Of a DNA stretch of 49,998 nt, positions 7,085-15,064 are shown one piece after another; the first letter of the stretch is position 1; the number at the start of each line of letters is the position of its first letter. The DNA is from a virus (Duplodnaviria; Heunggongvirae; Uroviricota; Caudoviricetes), in IMG/VR virus record IMGVR_UViG_3300015360_001243, positions 1 to 49,998 of that record; one strand, written 5' to 3'. The notes below the pieces were generated by a model. That model was not told the origin of the DNA and made no database searches. It worked only from the letters and a program-made list of their open reading frames with translations. Position numbers and translations under genes: made by a program.

Positions 7085-8008
7085 ATGATTAAAATTGCAA
7101 CGTTAGTTGGTTGTGCTATTGGAGATGCCCTTGGTAATCCCTTCGAAATGAAGCTTGCCAACTACGAACCACTAGAGAAGTGGGGCGGTAACTTCATTGA
7201 AGGCGGAACCTTCTGGTGGGGCCAGCCCGGTCAGTATACCGATGATACTCTCATGAGTATTGCATTAGGTTCTAGTCTAGTTGAGTTTCAAGGTTTCAAT
7301 CCCGAAGATGTTGGCCAGAAGTATTTAGCCTGGATGGAATCAGGTAATACTCGTGGTATTGGCGGGACAACCGCCAAAGCCCTGACTAGGTTGAAGCTTG
7401 GGGCTACTGTCTTTGAAAGTGGCGTCACACTCAATCCAGATGGCACAGCCTGTGGTGGTAACGGTACCGCCATGAGAGCCTCTCCTATTGGCCTAGTCTA
7501 TCGTCATGATCTACCTAAGCTAATGGAAGTAGCTATTCATGATGCAGTCATCACTCACAAGTCTCTTGAGCCCAAGGTTGGGTCAGTGGCTGTGGCTTTG
7601 GGTACTGCACTTTTAGCCGAGAGATTTGCAGGTCCTAAGGACCTTCTAACTGAAGTAAGTTTTGTATTATCTGATTCTTTGGTAAAAGATAAGATACTTC
7701 AAGCAGCTTTTTTCATTGAACAGGAAACCGATCCTATGGAGGCTTTAGCTCAGATTGGGACTGCTGGTTATGTTCCAGAGACTGTGGGAGCTGCCTTCTA
7801 CTGTCTGGGTGCCACACAATCGTTCCAGGACGCCGTTATCATGGCGGTCAAGGGCGGTGGAGACACTGACACTACAGCGGCGATTGTAGGGGCAATGGCG
7901 GGCACTTGGTACGGTTTAGAGGGCATTCCTCAAGAGTACAAAGATGAAGTTGAGAACTTCCAATTACTTCAAGATTTGACTGACGAACTTATCAATATCG
8001 AGTTATAA
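7085..8008 (+). CDS. ADP-ribosylglycohydrolase (DraG/ARH family), copy 1
   Basis: GCAIGDALG, YTDDT, GNGTAMRASP, GGDTDTTAAIVGA; start moved from 7025, which lies inside tRNA-Ser. Confidence 0.92.
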   Translation: MIKIATLVGCAIGDALGNPFEMKLANYEPLEKWGGNFIEGGTFWWGQPGQYTDDTLMSIALGSSLVEFQGFNPEDVGQKYLAWMESGNTRGIGGTTAKALTRLKLGATVFESGVTLNPDGTACGGNGTAMRASPIGLVYRHDLPKLMEVAIHDAVITHKSLEPKVGSVAVALGTALLAERFAGPKDLLTEVSFVLSDSLVKDKILQAAFFIEQETDPMEALAQIGTAGYVPETVGAAFYCLGATQSFQDAVIMAVKGGGDTDTTAAIVGAMAGTWYGLEGIPQEYKDEVENFQLLQDLTDELINIEL

Positions 8009-8020
8009 GAGATACGTTAC

Positions 8021-8112
8021 GGAGAATTGGCAGAGTGGCCGATCGCGTCTGTTTGCTAAACAGAAGGGGGTGTTAAAGCCTCCCACAGGTTCGAATCCTG
8101 TATTCTCCGCCA
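8021..8112 (+). tRNA. tRNA-Ser(GCT)
   Basis: GGAGAAT/ATTCTCC, TCTGT-TTGCTAA-ACAGA, long variable arm, GCCA end. Confidence 0.92.
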
Positions 8113-8116
8113 TCAT

Positions 8117-8201
8117 GGATGATAAACCAGTTTGGAACTGGCACTGTTTCGAAAACAGATGGACCCCTTGGGTTGGAGTTCGATTCTTCTATTTTCCGCC
8201 A
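8117..8201 (+). tRNA. tRNA-Ser(CGA), best folded as an 8/4 (8-bp acceptor, 4-bp T-stem) tRNA
   Basis: GGATGATA/TATTTTCC (one U-U), T-stem GGAG/CTTC, D-stem CCAGT/ACTGG, loop TT-CGA-AA, GCCA end. Confidence 0.75.
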
Positions 8202-8281
8202 TATGAAAGATAAAGGCGCTACGATTGCATTCATTATTGTTGCTGTAGGTCTTATTACTCTTTTAGAAGTATATTGTAAAT

Positions 8282-8352
8282 AGGCTTGAGCACAGGGTGC
8301 AATGCGGTCTCCAAAGCCGTAGAAGAGGGTTCGATTCCTTCCAGGCCTGCCA
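8282..8352 (+). tRNA. tRNA-Trp(CCA) with miniature D-arm
   Basis: AGGCTTG/CAGGCCT, GCGGT-CTCCAAA-GCCGT, GAGGG-TTCGATT-CCTTC, GCCA end; 71 nt. Confidence 0.8.
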
Positions 8353-8357
8353 AGCTG

Positions 8358-8440
8358 GTTTTAGTATTCATGGTCAGGCGGCTATGCATTCCGAGCAGGA
8401 ATGATTCGGGAGAATGAGGTTCGAGTCCTCTACTGGACAA
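8358..8440 (+). pseudogene. Degenerate tRNA-like element
   Basis: GAGG-TTCGAGT-CCTC T-arm; weak acceptor TTTAGT/ACTGGA; CATTCC-GAGCA-GGAATG hairpin in place of a canonical anticodon loop; no CCA. Confidence 0.35.
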
Positions 8441-8479
8441 GCAAACAGGGCGCTGTCAATCTTAAAGATTGGTGGCGCC

Positions 8480-8507
8480 TTGACTTTTTATTCCACATGA
8501 TTATCTT
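8480..8507 (+). promoter_or_regulatory. Possible sigma70-like promoter overlapping a hairpin (GGCGC...GCGCC, ~8449-8479)
   Basis: TTGACT-N16-TATCTT upstream of ATG 8531. Confidence 0.35.
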
Positions 8508-8530
8508 TTCTTGAAAGCGAGGATTATAAA

Positions 8531-9046
8531 ATGGTTGATATGAGCCCTGATAGTTGGCTTCACGAGCAGTTCAAAGATAGAGAGTGGTTTCACTCCGTTG
8601 GACGAGATCAGTATAATAGACTTGTAGTCTACATCAAATTCTCATGCCATGAGACCCTTCATGACGTTCCTGATCGAGTAGAAGGCATTCAGGTTCTTTG
8701 TCATTTTTCTGGTAGTAAGACGGCTACTGCTACGCAGTTTGCTTCTTCCCCTACCGCTCAACCAGTCCCAGCTCCCAAGCTAGAGCTTCTTATTCAAGAA
8801 GAAGATGACGTTGAGGAATTGGATTCTTCCTTACTGGAAAGTGATCTTAGTGAACTGTGTAAGAAGCTTGATTATTTGGAGAGACAGTGTGGAAGCAATT
8901 GCCTTCAAGACATCTTCTATGAAGTTCATGATGGCAAGAATTCCGTTACGAATCTTTCGGCCAAGTATCCTGAGGTGAGGCGGGTTTTGGAAGAGCTGTA
9001 TGATGAGTATGGTTTTGATGTTATCTATGAAGAATTAGATGGCTGA
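8531..9046 (+). CDS. Hypothetical acidic protein
   Basis: 171-aa ORF after a GAGG SD. Confidence 0.7.
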   Translation: MVDMSPDSWLHEQFKDREWFHSVGRDQYNRLVVYIKFSCHETLHDVPDRVEGIQVLCHFSGSKTATATQFASSPTAQPVPAPKLELLIQEEDDVEELDSSLLESDLSELCKKLDYLERQCGSNCLQDIFYEVHDGKNSVTNLSAKYPEVRRVLEELYDEYGFDVIYEELDG

Positions 9047-9051
9047 TCGTT

Positions 9052-9381
9052 ATGAGTAATCAAAAGAAACAAGTTAGATCTTTGTTCCGTGACTCCTGTT
9101 ACAAGCGTGATGGGTATCGTTGTGCCATGTGCGCTTACAAATCTTCAGCAGAACATGCTCAGGAAGAATTGGATGCTCATCACATCACGGACAGAAATCT
9201 AATGCCCAATGGTGGATATGTAAGAGAGAATGGCATCTCTTTGTGTCCGGAATGTCACATTAAAGCCGAAGTGTACCATTCAACCGGCGTGGCTCATCCT
9301 GGGTACGCACCAGAGGATCTATACAAAGCAATCAAGTCCACTTTAGAAAAAGCAATTGAAGCGAGTGAAAAATTAGGCTGA
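9052..9381 (+). CDS. HNH endonuclease-family protein
   Basis: CAMC, LDAHHI, NGISLCPECH. Confidence 0.85.
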   Translation: MSNQKKQVRSLFRDSCYKRDGYRCAMCAYKSSAEHAQEELDAHHITDRNLMPNGGYVRENGISLCPECHIKAEVYHSTGVAHPGYAPEDLYKAIKSTLEKAIEASEKLG

Positions 9382-9510
9382 TATATTCTTATTACGTAGT
9401 TTTTATTACTAAAACTACATTAAGTAATAACTATATTACCGAGGAGGGAACTCAGCTATTTTTACATTATTGATCGCTTAAAATTGAATTTTATAAAATG
9501 GAGTTGCATA

Positions 9511-9867
9511 ATGAATGCACACGAATTAGATACCCTTACTTTAGTTAGTTCCCCAACTTCAACCGACGAAGAAGAATACAGCATACCTCTAGATATCTCT
9601 GACATTATTGCAGTTTGCAGAGAGTTTAATAAGTTAGGCTGGAATATTCAAAATCAAGTTGAACAAATACTAGAAGTCGGAGTGGAAGAATCCATTAAGA
9701 GCGGCAATGTAAAACGTGAGTCCTTGCCTCATATTAAATCTTTCTTGAAGAGTATTGGACAGAACGCTTACTTCGGAGATGCAGTCAGCCAAGCTCACAA
9801 CTGTATTAAGCTGATTCAGAATTATGAATCAAAGCATAAGCTAAACGCGAACCCAAGTTCAAATTAA
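9511..9867 (+). CDS. Hypothetical protein
   Basis: ATG 9511 follows a GGAG SD at about 9500. Confidence 0.6.
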   Translation: MNAHELDTLTLVSSPTSTDEEEYSIPLDISDIIAVCREFNKLGWNIQNQVEQILEVGVEESIKSGNVKRESLPHIKSFLKSIGQNAYFGDAVSQAHNCIKLIQNYESKHKLNANPSSN

Positions 9868-9873
9868 TAAAAT

Positions 9874-9900
9874 GGGAGGCCTTGACCTCCCATTTCTTTT
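9874..9900 (+). terminator. Intrinsic terminator
   Basis: GGGAGG-CCTTGA-CCTCCC followed by ATTTCTTTT. Confidence 0.55.
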
Positions 9901-9907
9901 GGTTACT

Positions 9908-10312
9908 ATGGAAGACATTAACGAAAATGTAAAAAACCTTTACGTCATCAGGCGCAAACTGGCTGAGTTACGTCCAAGGAATAATACTGTTTACGAATAT
10001 GATGTTGGTAACTTTGCAATTCATATTTTCCCTTTTGAAATTCAAGATGGTGGCCAAGTTCTCGCGGATACCATTCTTAAATATAAAACCGTTAATATTA
10101 CCTTATGGGAAATAAATAAGAACAAAGTTGAGTCTATAATCAGGTTAACAACTGATCCTAGATTTAAAGATTACGAACCTATCATATATGATTCTTTTAG
10201 ATCGCCAAATGGTCTGATTAATTTCAGTAATGGCGATAAAATGCCAATCCATCACTTATGTGAATTAATAAAATATCTACACCGTTTATCAAACCTAACT
10301 GCATTTATGTGA
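9908..10312 (+). CDS. Hypothetical protein, paralog of 25463-25864
   Basis: Shared T-D-(P/T)-RF segment and C-terminus LHRLSNLTAFM vs LHKINGLKAFI; start moved past the terminator hairpin. Confidence 0.65.
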   Translation: MEDINENVKNLYVIRRKLAELRPRNNTVYEYDVGNFAIHIFPFEIQDGGQVLADTILKYKTVNITLWEINKNKVESIIRLTTDPRFKDYEPIIYDSFRSPNGLINFSNGDKMPIHHLCELIKYLHRLSNLTAFM

Positions 10313-10533
10313 AGGAGAGCGCTATGTTGCCGGAAGATAAAGAACTTCTTAAGGAATTGATGATGAATTACTCTGCTGATATCTTTCTCAAGGAGATGGC
10401 AGAGGTTGCATTGGAAGTGGCTGGGGACCTTGCTGATCTGCATGAAGGTTCGCCTCCGCCTGTTGCTAAGCGTTACACGCAAATTGCTGTATCGTTGGAA
10501 GACATTGTTGCTGGTAGACCATACCTGCTGTGA
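10309..10533 (+). CDS. Hypothetical protein
   Basis: GTGA overlap with the upstream stop; ATG 10324 is an alternative start. Confidence 0.6.
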   Translation: MKESAMLPEDKELLKELMMNYSADIFLKEMAEVALEVAGDLADLHEGSPPPVAKRYTQIAVSLEDIVAGRPYLL

Positions 10534-10555
10534 GGGGCTAAGATAGTATATTAGT

Positions 10556-11056
10556 ATGGGCGCTTTTTTACTTACAATCCTAATTACTTTCCTAGTTGTA
10601 ACTCTATTTGGGTATATTGTTCATTGGTCTTTGCACCAACCTTGGGTTGGTCGCTTTAACCAAGCACATATGACTCACCATGAAAAGTTGTATCCTCCTG
10701 AGGATTTCACCTCTGAAACCTATCGTCATGCAGGAAAAGATAACACCGTAGTTACTTTTGCTGTAGCCTCTATTCCAATGGTCCTGGCACCTATCGTGCT
10801 GGGATTTTTGGGTATTTTGTCGTGGCCCCTGGTTGTTACAGTGGTGTTAGTTGAGTTGGGACTTGGTCTCCTTCACGACTACATTCATAATGCTTTTCAT
10901 ATTAAAGATCATTGGATGTCCCGAGTCCCGGTTCTGAAAGATATATTCCAGGTGTGGGTGAAGTTACATTATCTTCACCACGTGGATATGACAAAGAACT
11001 ATGGCATCTTCGTGTTTCATTGGGACAGAGTATTCGGAAGCTTCTGGAAGTCTTGA
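10556..11056 (+). CDS. Fatty acid hydroxylase / sterol desaturase family membrane di-iron enzyme
   Basis: His boxes HWSLH, HMTHH, HDYIHNAFH and HYLHH; NYG...WDRVFGS; hydrophobic segments. Confidence 0.85.
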   Translation: MGAFLLTILITFLVVTLFGYIVHWSLHQPWVGRFNQAHMTHHEKLYPPEDFTSETYRHAGKDNTVVTFAVASIPMVLAPIVLGFLGILSWPLVVTVVLVELGLGLLHDYIHNAFHIKDHWMSRVPVLKDIFQVWVKLHYLHHVDMTKNYGIFVFHWDRVFGSFWKS

Positions 11057-11187
11057 AAACCTTCTAAAGTCATCTATCCAAAAAGTTTACCGTAAAACTA
11101 TTGGCCCGCGTTATCTTGTTGTTGGACTTGATTATGCTTGGGCTCGTCCAAGTTGTAGGATTCCTGTAGTCATTGGAGATTGGCGCG

Positions 11188-11970
11188 ATGAGTGAAGAGC
11201 AAGACTATAGCAACATTTCTTTTGAAGACTTCAACAAGCTAGTTGATGACTCTCATGATGATGGATGTAGTCATTGTTTCTCTTTTGCACACTACAAACA
11301 TCTTGACCAATCAACTCGTAAGGTAGCTTACTTTGCCTTCTTAGGTAAAGAAGATGAGCGAGTTAAGCTGTTAGCCAGCGAGTTAGATCGTTTACAGTAC
11401 CGCGCCCTCGACGATAACATTTACTTCTTAGTTATGCAGGCGGAGATGCTAGATACCAATGATCTCAAGTCGTATATTACGATTCGAGATCTAGTTTTGC
11501 TTCGTGCCCATGAAATGGTAGATAAGAATCTACCTAATGCTTGGGTTGCTATCCGAGCTTATGCTTGGATTAAAGACACTAACTCAAGCGTCCTACCAGA
11601 TTTTATGTCTAGGTCTAAGGATTTAGACGTCTGGCAAGTATGTCTTCAGTGTATGTCGAGCCACTTGCTTAGCCTGCCCGATTTGTTCTACTGTCGAGAC
11701 AGTACCTATAAATATACTGTTAAAGCCATTGAAATGGGTGATGCTGTCAAGCCTTATGTAGTGGCCGCTAATGGTGTACAAGCTTTGATGCGACTCTCAG
11801 ATGAGAGGGCGTTAGAGTTGTTTCACAAGTTACCTATGCGCTCTCTTAATAGAACGATTGGCGAACAGGCCGACCTACTGATTAAGAAGTTAACTAAAGA
11901 TCGAATGACTCAATACCTCCCGGTGTTGATGGAAATTAAACAATTGTGTGAAAAGCCCAAGGCCCCTTGA
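11188..11970 (+). CDS. Hypothetical helical protein
   Basis: ATG 11188 follows a GGAG SD. Confidence 0.65.
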   Translation: MSEEQDYSNISFEDFNKLVDDSHDDGCSHCFSFAHYKHLDQSTRKVAYFAFLGKEDERVKLLASELDRLQYRALDDNIYFLVMQAEMLDTNDLKSYITIRDLVLLRAHEMVDKNLPNAWVAIRAYAWIKDTNSSVLPDFMSRSKDLDVWQVCLQCMSSHLLSLPDLFYCRDSTYKYTVKAIEMGDAVKPYVVAANGVQALMRLSDERALELFHKLPMRSLNRTIGEQADLLIKKLTKDRMTQYLPVLMEIKQLCEKPKAP

Positions 11971-12018
11971 CGAAGCGACGATCAAAGGTTAACTTGGCTC
12001 AATAAAGGTAAGAATAGA

Positions 12019-13017
12019 ATGAGCAGCTTTGATCCGTATAAGACCCTTGAAATCTCGAATAGAGCAAGCTCAACTGTCATCAAGGCGGCATATCACGCCC
12101 TCATAAAACAATTTCATCCTGATTACTCTGGACATGATAAAAGGGCTAAAGAACTGAATGCTGCTTATGAAATTCTTTCTGATTCAGACAAAAAGAAGAA
12201 ACACGATAAGCTGGCCAAAGACCAGAAGGGCACCATTATTGGTAGCTACCGAGTCCTTGAATCAATCGCTGAGGGTGGCTTCGGCTCTACTTACAAAGGA
12301 GAGCATATCCTTACCAAGGATCCTGTCTGCATTAAGCACTGCTCCATGGTATCCCCTGCCCATGATGCAATTCTCATCCAAGAGATGAAGTCTATCTGGG
12401 ATTTGCGCCACTACGCCATGCCCGTCATGCGTGACCTTCAAAGACTAGAAGATGGTAGCCTTGCTCTCATCATGTCTTACATACCTGGTTTCACTCTGGA
12501 ACAGATTGTTGAGAAGGCCGGAAAGATTGAACCAGAGACTACCGCTTGGATTACTGAGCGTATTCTTAATGCTCTACTTTATCTTCATCACCATGGAGTT
12601 ATTCATGGCGACATCAAGCCACAGAACATTATTATTCAACCTAAGACTCACTCGGTAGTTTTAGTTGATTTCGGTTTGGCAATGGTTAGACCGGGAAGTT
12701 CGGATAAGTCGATTGGTTATACACCAGTCTTTGCTTCTCCTGAACAGATTGATGGTAAAGCTTTGCTCCCAGCTTCCGACTATTACAGTCTTGGAATGCT
12801 GATGGTCTATGCTTTGAATGGTGGTAAGAGAATGGAAAAGAAGGAAGTTCCTTCTTCGGTTCCCGATCCAATGGCCAATTTCATTGGGAGCTTGGTCAAG
12901 AAAGATGTTCTTTCAAGACCACAAGACAATCTGTTTGAACAGTTTGTCAAGGTACGTCAGGACTCATTTGGACGTACTCGATCCGGAATGAAAGACATTC
13001 CAGGGTTCAACAGTTAA
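12019..13017 (+). CDS. J-domain (HPD) fused to a Hanks-type Ser/Thr protein kinase
   Basis: DPYKTL...AY...FHPD...LNAAYEILSD, then EGGFG, CIK, HGDIKPQN, DFG, SPE and DYYSLG. Confidence 0.9.
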   Translation: MSSFDPYKTLEISNRASSTVIKAAYHALIKQFHPDYSGHDKRAKELNAAYEILSDSDKKKKHDKLAKDQKGTIIGSYRVLESIAEGGFGSTYKGEHILTKDPVCIKHCSMVSPAHDAILIQEMKSIWDLRHYAMPVMRDLQRLEDGSLALIMSYIPGFTLEQIVEKAGKIEPETTAWITERILNALLYLHHHGVIHGDIKPQNIIIQPKTHSVVLVDFGLAMVRPGSSDKSIGYTPVFASPEQIDGKALLPASDYYSLGMLMVYALNGGKRMEKKEVPSSVPDPMANFIGSLVKKDVLSRPQDNLFEQFVKVRQDSFGRTRSGMKDIPGFNS

Positions 13018-13094
13018 TCTATCAAATATGATAGCTTAAGTCGATATTTGGCACTTAAGCAATCAAAAATGATAGATAAGATCAGGAGAATATC

Positions 13095-14039
13095 ATGTCA
13101 GAAACAGCAGATTACAGCCCAGGCGATTGGAAAGGTTATGACTTCGGAGCAGCTCGTAAGAGTTACGACCAGCATGCAGGTCGAGCGTACGATGCAGCCA
13201 AGGTTGCCAACAAGAAAGCTTCGGACATGGTGCCGAAGCAACTCAAGACCGATAGTCCTGCGCCACTAGTCATTTTGTGTGACGTTACTGGATCAATGGG
13301 TGATTGGCCTGCTACTATTTTCTCCAAGCTTCCCTACCTTGATAACGAAGCTAAGGAATATCTGGGACCTGATTATGAAATCAGTTTCGCTGCAACCGCC
13401 GATCAAGACGACACCTATCCTCTTCAAGTGAGAGAATTCACCAAGGGTCTAGGTCTAGAGAAAGAGTTGAAGGAGTTTGTCATCGGCGGAGGTTCTGGGC
13501 CCGAAGGTGCTCATGAAGCTTACGAATTATCTGCGCTTTACTACGCACGTAATGTGGAGATGCCTAAGGCTAAGCATCCAATCCTCATCTTCATCTCTGA
13601 TGAGCACTTCCATAAGAACATTGAACCAGGTCTAGCCAAGCTAGCTCACATTGATATCGAGTCTAAGATGACCACCAAAAAGGTCTTCGAAGCATTGCGA
13701 GAGAAGTTTGCAGTCTATTGTATTCGTAAGCCTTACGGCGGTGAAGACAAGCAGATTGTCAAGGAGTGGTCTGACGTTTTGGGTGATGACCACATGGCCG
13801 AACTTCCCTCTGCTGACCGAGTGATTGACGTTATCTTTGGTATCTTAGCTAAGGAAACTAACAAGATTGATTACTTCCGCGATGAGATCGAAGATCGTCA
13901 GAGGAAAGATCAAGTTGATACTGTTTACAAATCACTTAAGACTATCCATGCTCTTCCGAAGAATGTGGATGACGGTTCTGGTAAATCGTTGATGCATACC
14001 CATATGAAGGGTGCGAAGACTAAGCGTCTTCTCCCTTGA
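13095..14039 (+). CDS. vWA-like domain protein
   Basis: VILCDVTGSMG MIDAS-like motif; EAYEL, LIFISDE. Confidence 0.75.
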   Translation: MSETADYSPGDWKGYDFGAARKSYDQHAGRAYDAAKVANKKASDMVPKQLKTDSPAPLVILCDVTGSMGDWPATIFSKLPYLDNEAKEYLGPDYEISFAATADQDDTYPLQVREFTKGLGLEKELKEFVIGGGSGPEGAHEAYELSALYYARNVEMPKAKHPILIFISDEHFHKNIEPGLAKLAHIDIESKMTTKKVFEALREKFAVYCIRKPYGGEDKQIVKEWSDVLGDDHMAELPSADRVIDVIFGILAKETNKIDYFRDEIEDRQRKDQVDTVYKSLKTIHALPKNVDDGSGKSLMHTHMKGAKTKRLLP

Positions 14040-14047
14040 GATGAACA

Positions 14048-15064
14048 ATGAGAGATTCAAACGCTAAGGTCCTGATTAACCATCAACTGATTGCTGACAT
14101 GAAAGCAGCGGCTACTATCAGAAGGATCCCGGAGCTAATGGTCACTATGTGTCCAAGCTTCGGGCACTTCAGTAAGTTTGCTAATGACCAAAGAGTTGAT
14201 GGTGTTCGCTTCAATAGTGCTATGATTACCTTGCCTGAGCTTGATACTGAGCTTGGGATCCTCACCACTAAGCCTCCCAAGGCCCCCGTCTACTATGACG
14301 TCAAAGGCCGACAGATGAGAATCTTGAAGGTAGAGACGGTAGATAAGAACCTTGTCTTGACCATTAACCATCCGATTCGAGTGAAGACTCCTACGGTGGT
14401 TCTGTTTAAGGCAGGTGCTGACGTAGCCATGCTCAATCGCATTGAAGAGACTGATCAGGGCCAACGTTTGGTCTTTGATGGTGGTCCGCAATACAATTTG
14501 GTTGCAGGCGAGTCACTTCACATTCGAGACGAGAGCTTCAAGAATCTTCGCGGTTCCACCAAGGAAGACAACGTTTACACTGAGTTGGAGCAAAAGAAGA
14601 TTGTCAAGGTCAAGGCCGCAGGGATCAATCGATTCTTCCTATCTTACGTTGAGAACCAGTACGACGTTGACCTATTTAGAGAAATGGTTGGCAAAGATGC
14701 TGAAGTCTGGCTCAAGATTGAAAGTGTCGCTGGTTTGAAGTATGTCAACCAGACTTTCAAAAAAGAGGATAACCTTGTCCTAGTAGCCGCCCGAGGTGAC
14801 ATGTTTGTTGAGGTCGAGCAGCCTCATCACATCATTCAGGGCCTTAGAGACATCATTAATAAGGATCCTAAAGCTTCTGTTGGCTCTAGGCTTCTACTGT
14901 CGATTGTTGATGCTCCGGTTCCTTCATGTGCCGACCTTCTAGAGATTCAATGGCTACATGACATTGGTTATCGTCGTATGATGTTGTGCGATGAGCTTTG
15001 TTTGAAGGAGCATATGCTCAATGCTGCCGTGGCTTGCTTCAATGGAATTAAAAGTGACCTATGA
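14048..15064 (+). CDS. Divergent pyruvate-kinase-like barrel protein lacking the C-terminal domain
   Basis: GVRFN, YDVKGRQMR, FLSYV, LKIES and AARGDMFVE follow the PK barrel motif order. Confidence 0.75.
   Translation: MRDSNAKVLINHQLIADMKAAATIRRIPELMVTMCPSFGHFSKFANDQRVDGVRFNSAMITLPELDTELGILTTKPPKAPVYYDVKGRQMRILKVETVDKNLVLTINHPIRVKTPTVVLFKAGADVAMLNRIEETDQGQRLVFDGGPQYNLVAGESLHIRDESFKNLRGSTKEDNVYTELEQKKIVKVKAAGINRFFLSYVENQYDVDLFREMVGKDAEVWLKIESVAGLKYVNQTFKKEDNLVLVAARGDMFVEVEQPHHIIQGLRDIINKDPKASVGSRLLLSIVDAPVPSCADLLEIQWLHDIGYRRMMLCDELCLKEHMLNAAVACFNGIKSDL

Noticed and set aside
8203-8283. 26-aa hydrophobic micro-ORF between the Ser and Trp tRNAs
   Set aside because: No SD, and its stop overlaps the tRNA-Trp 5' end; too short to support.
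8255-8440. Minus-strand 61-aa ORF
   Set aside because: It is the antisense of tRNA-Trp and the tRNA-like element (GLEGIEPS reads a T-arm).
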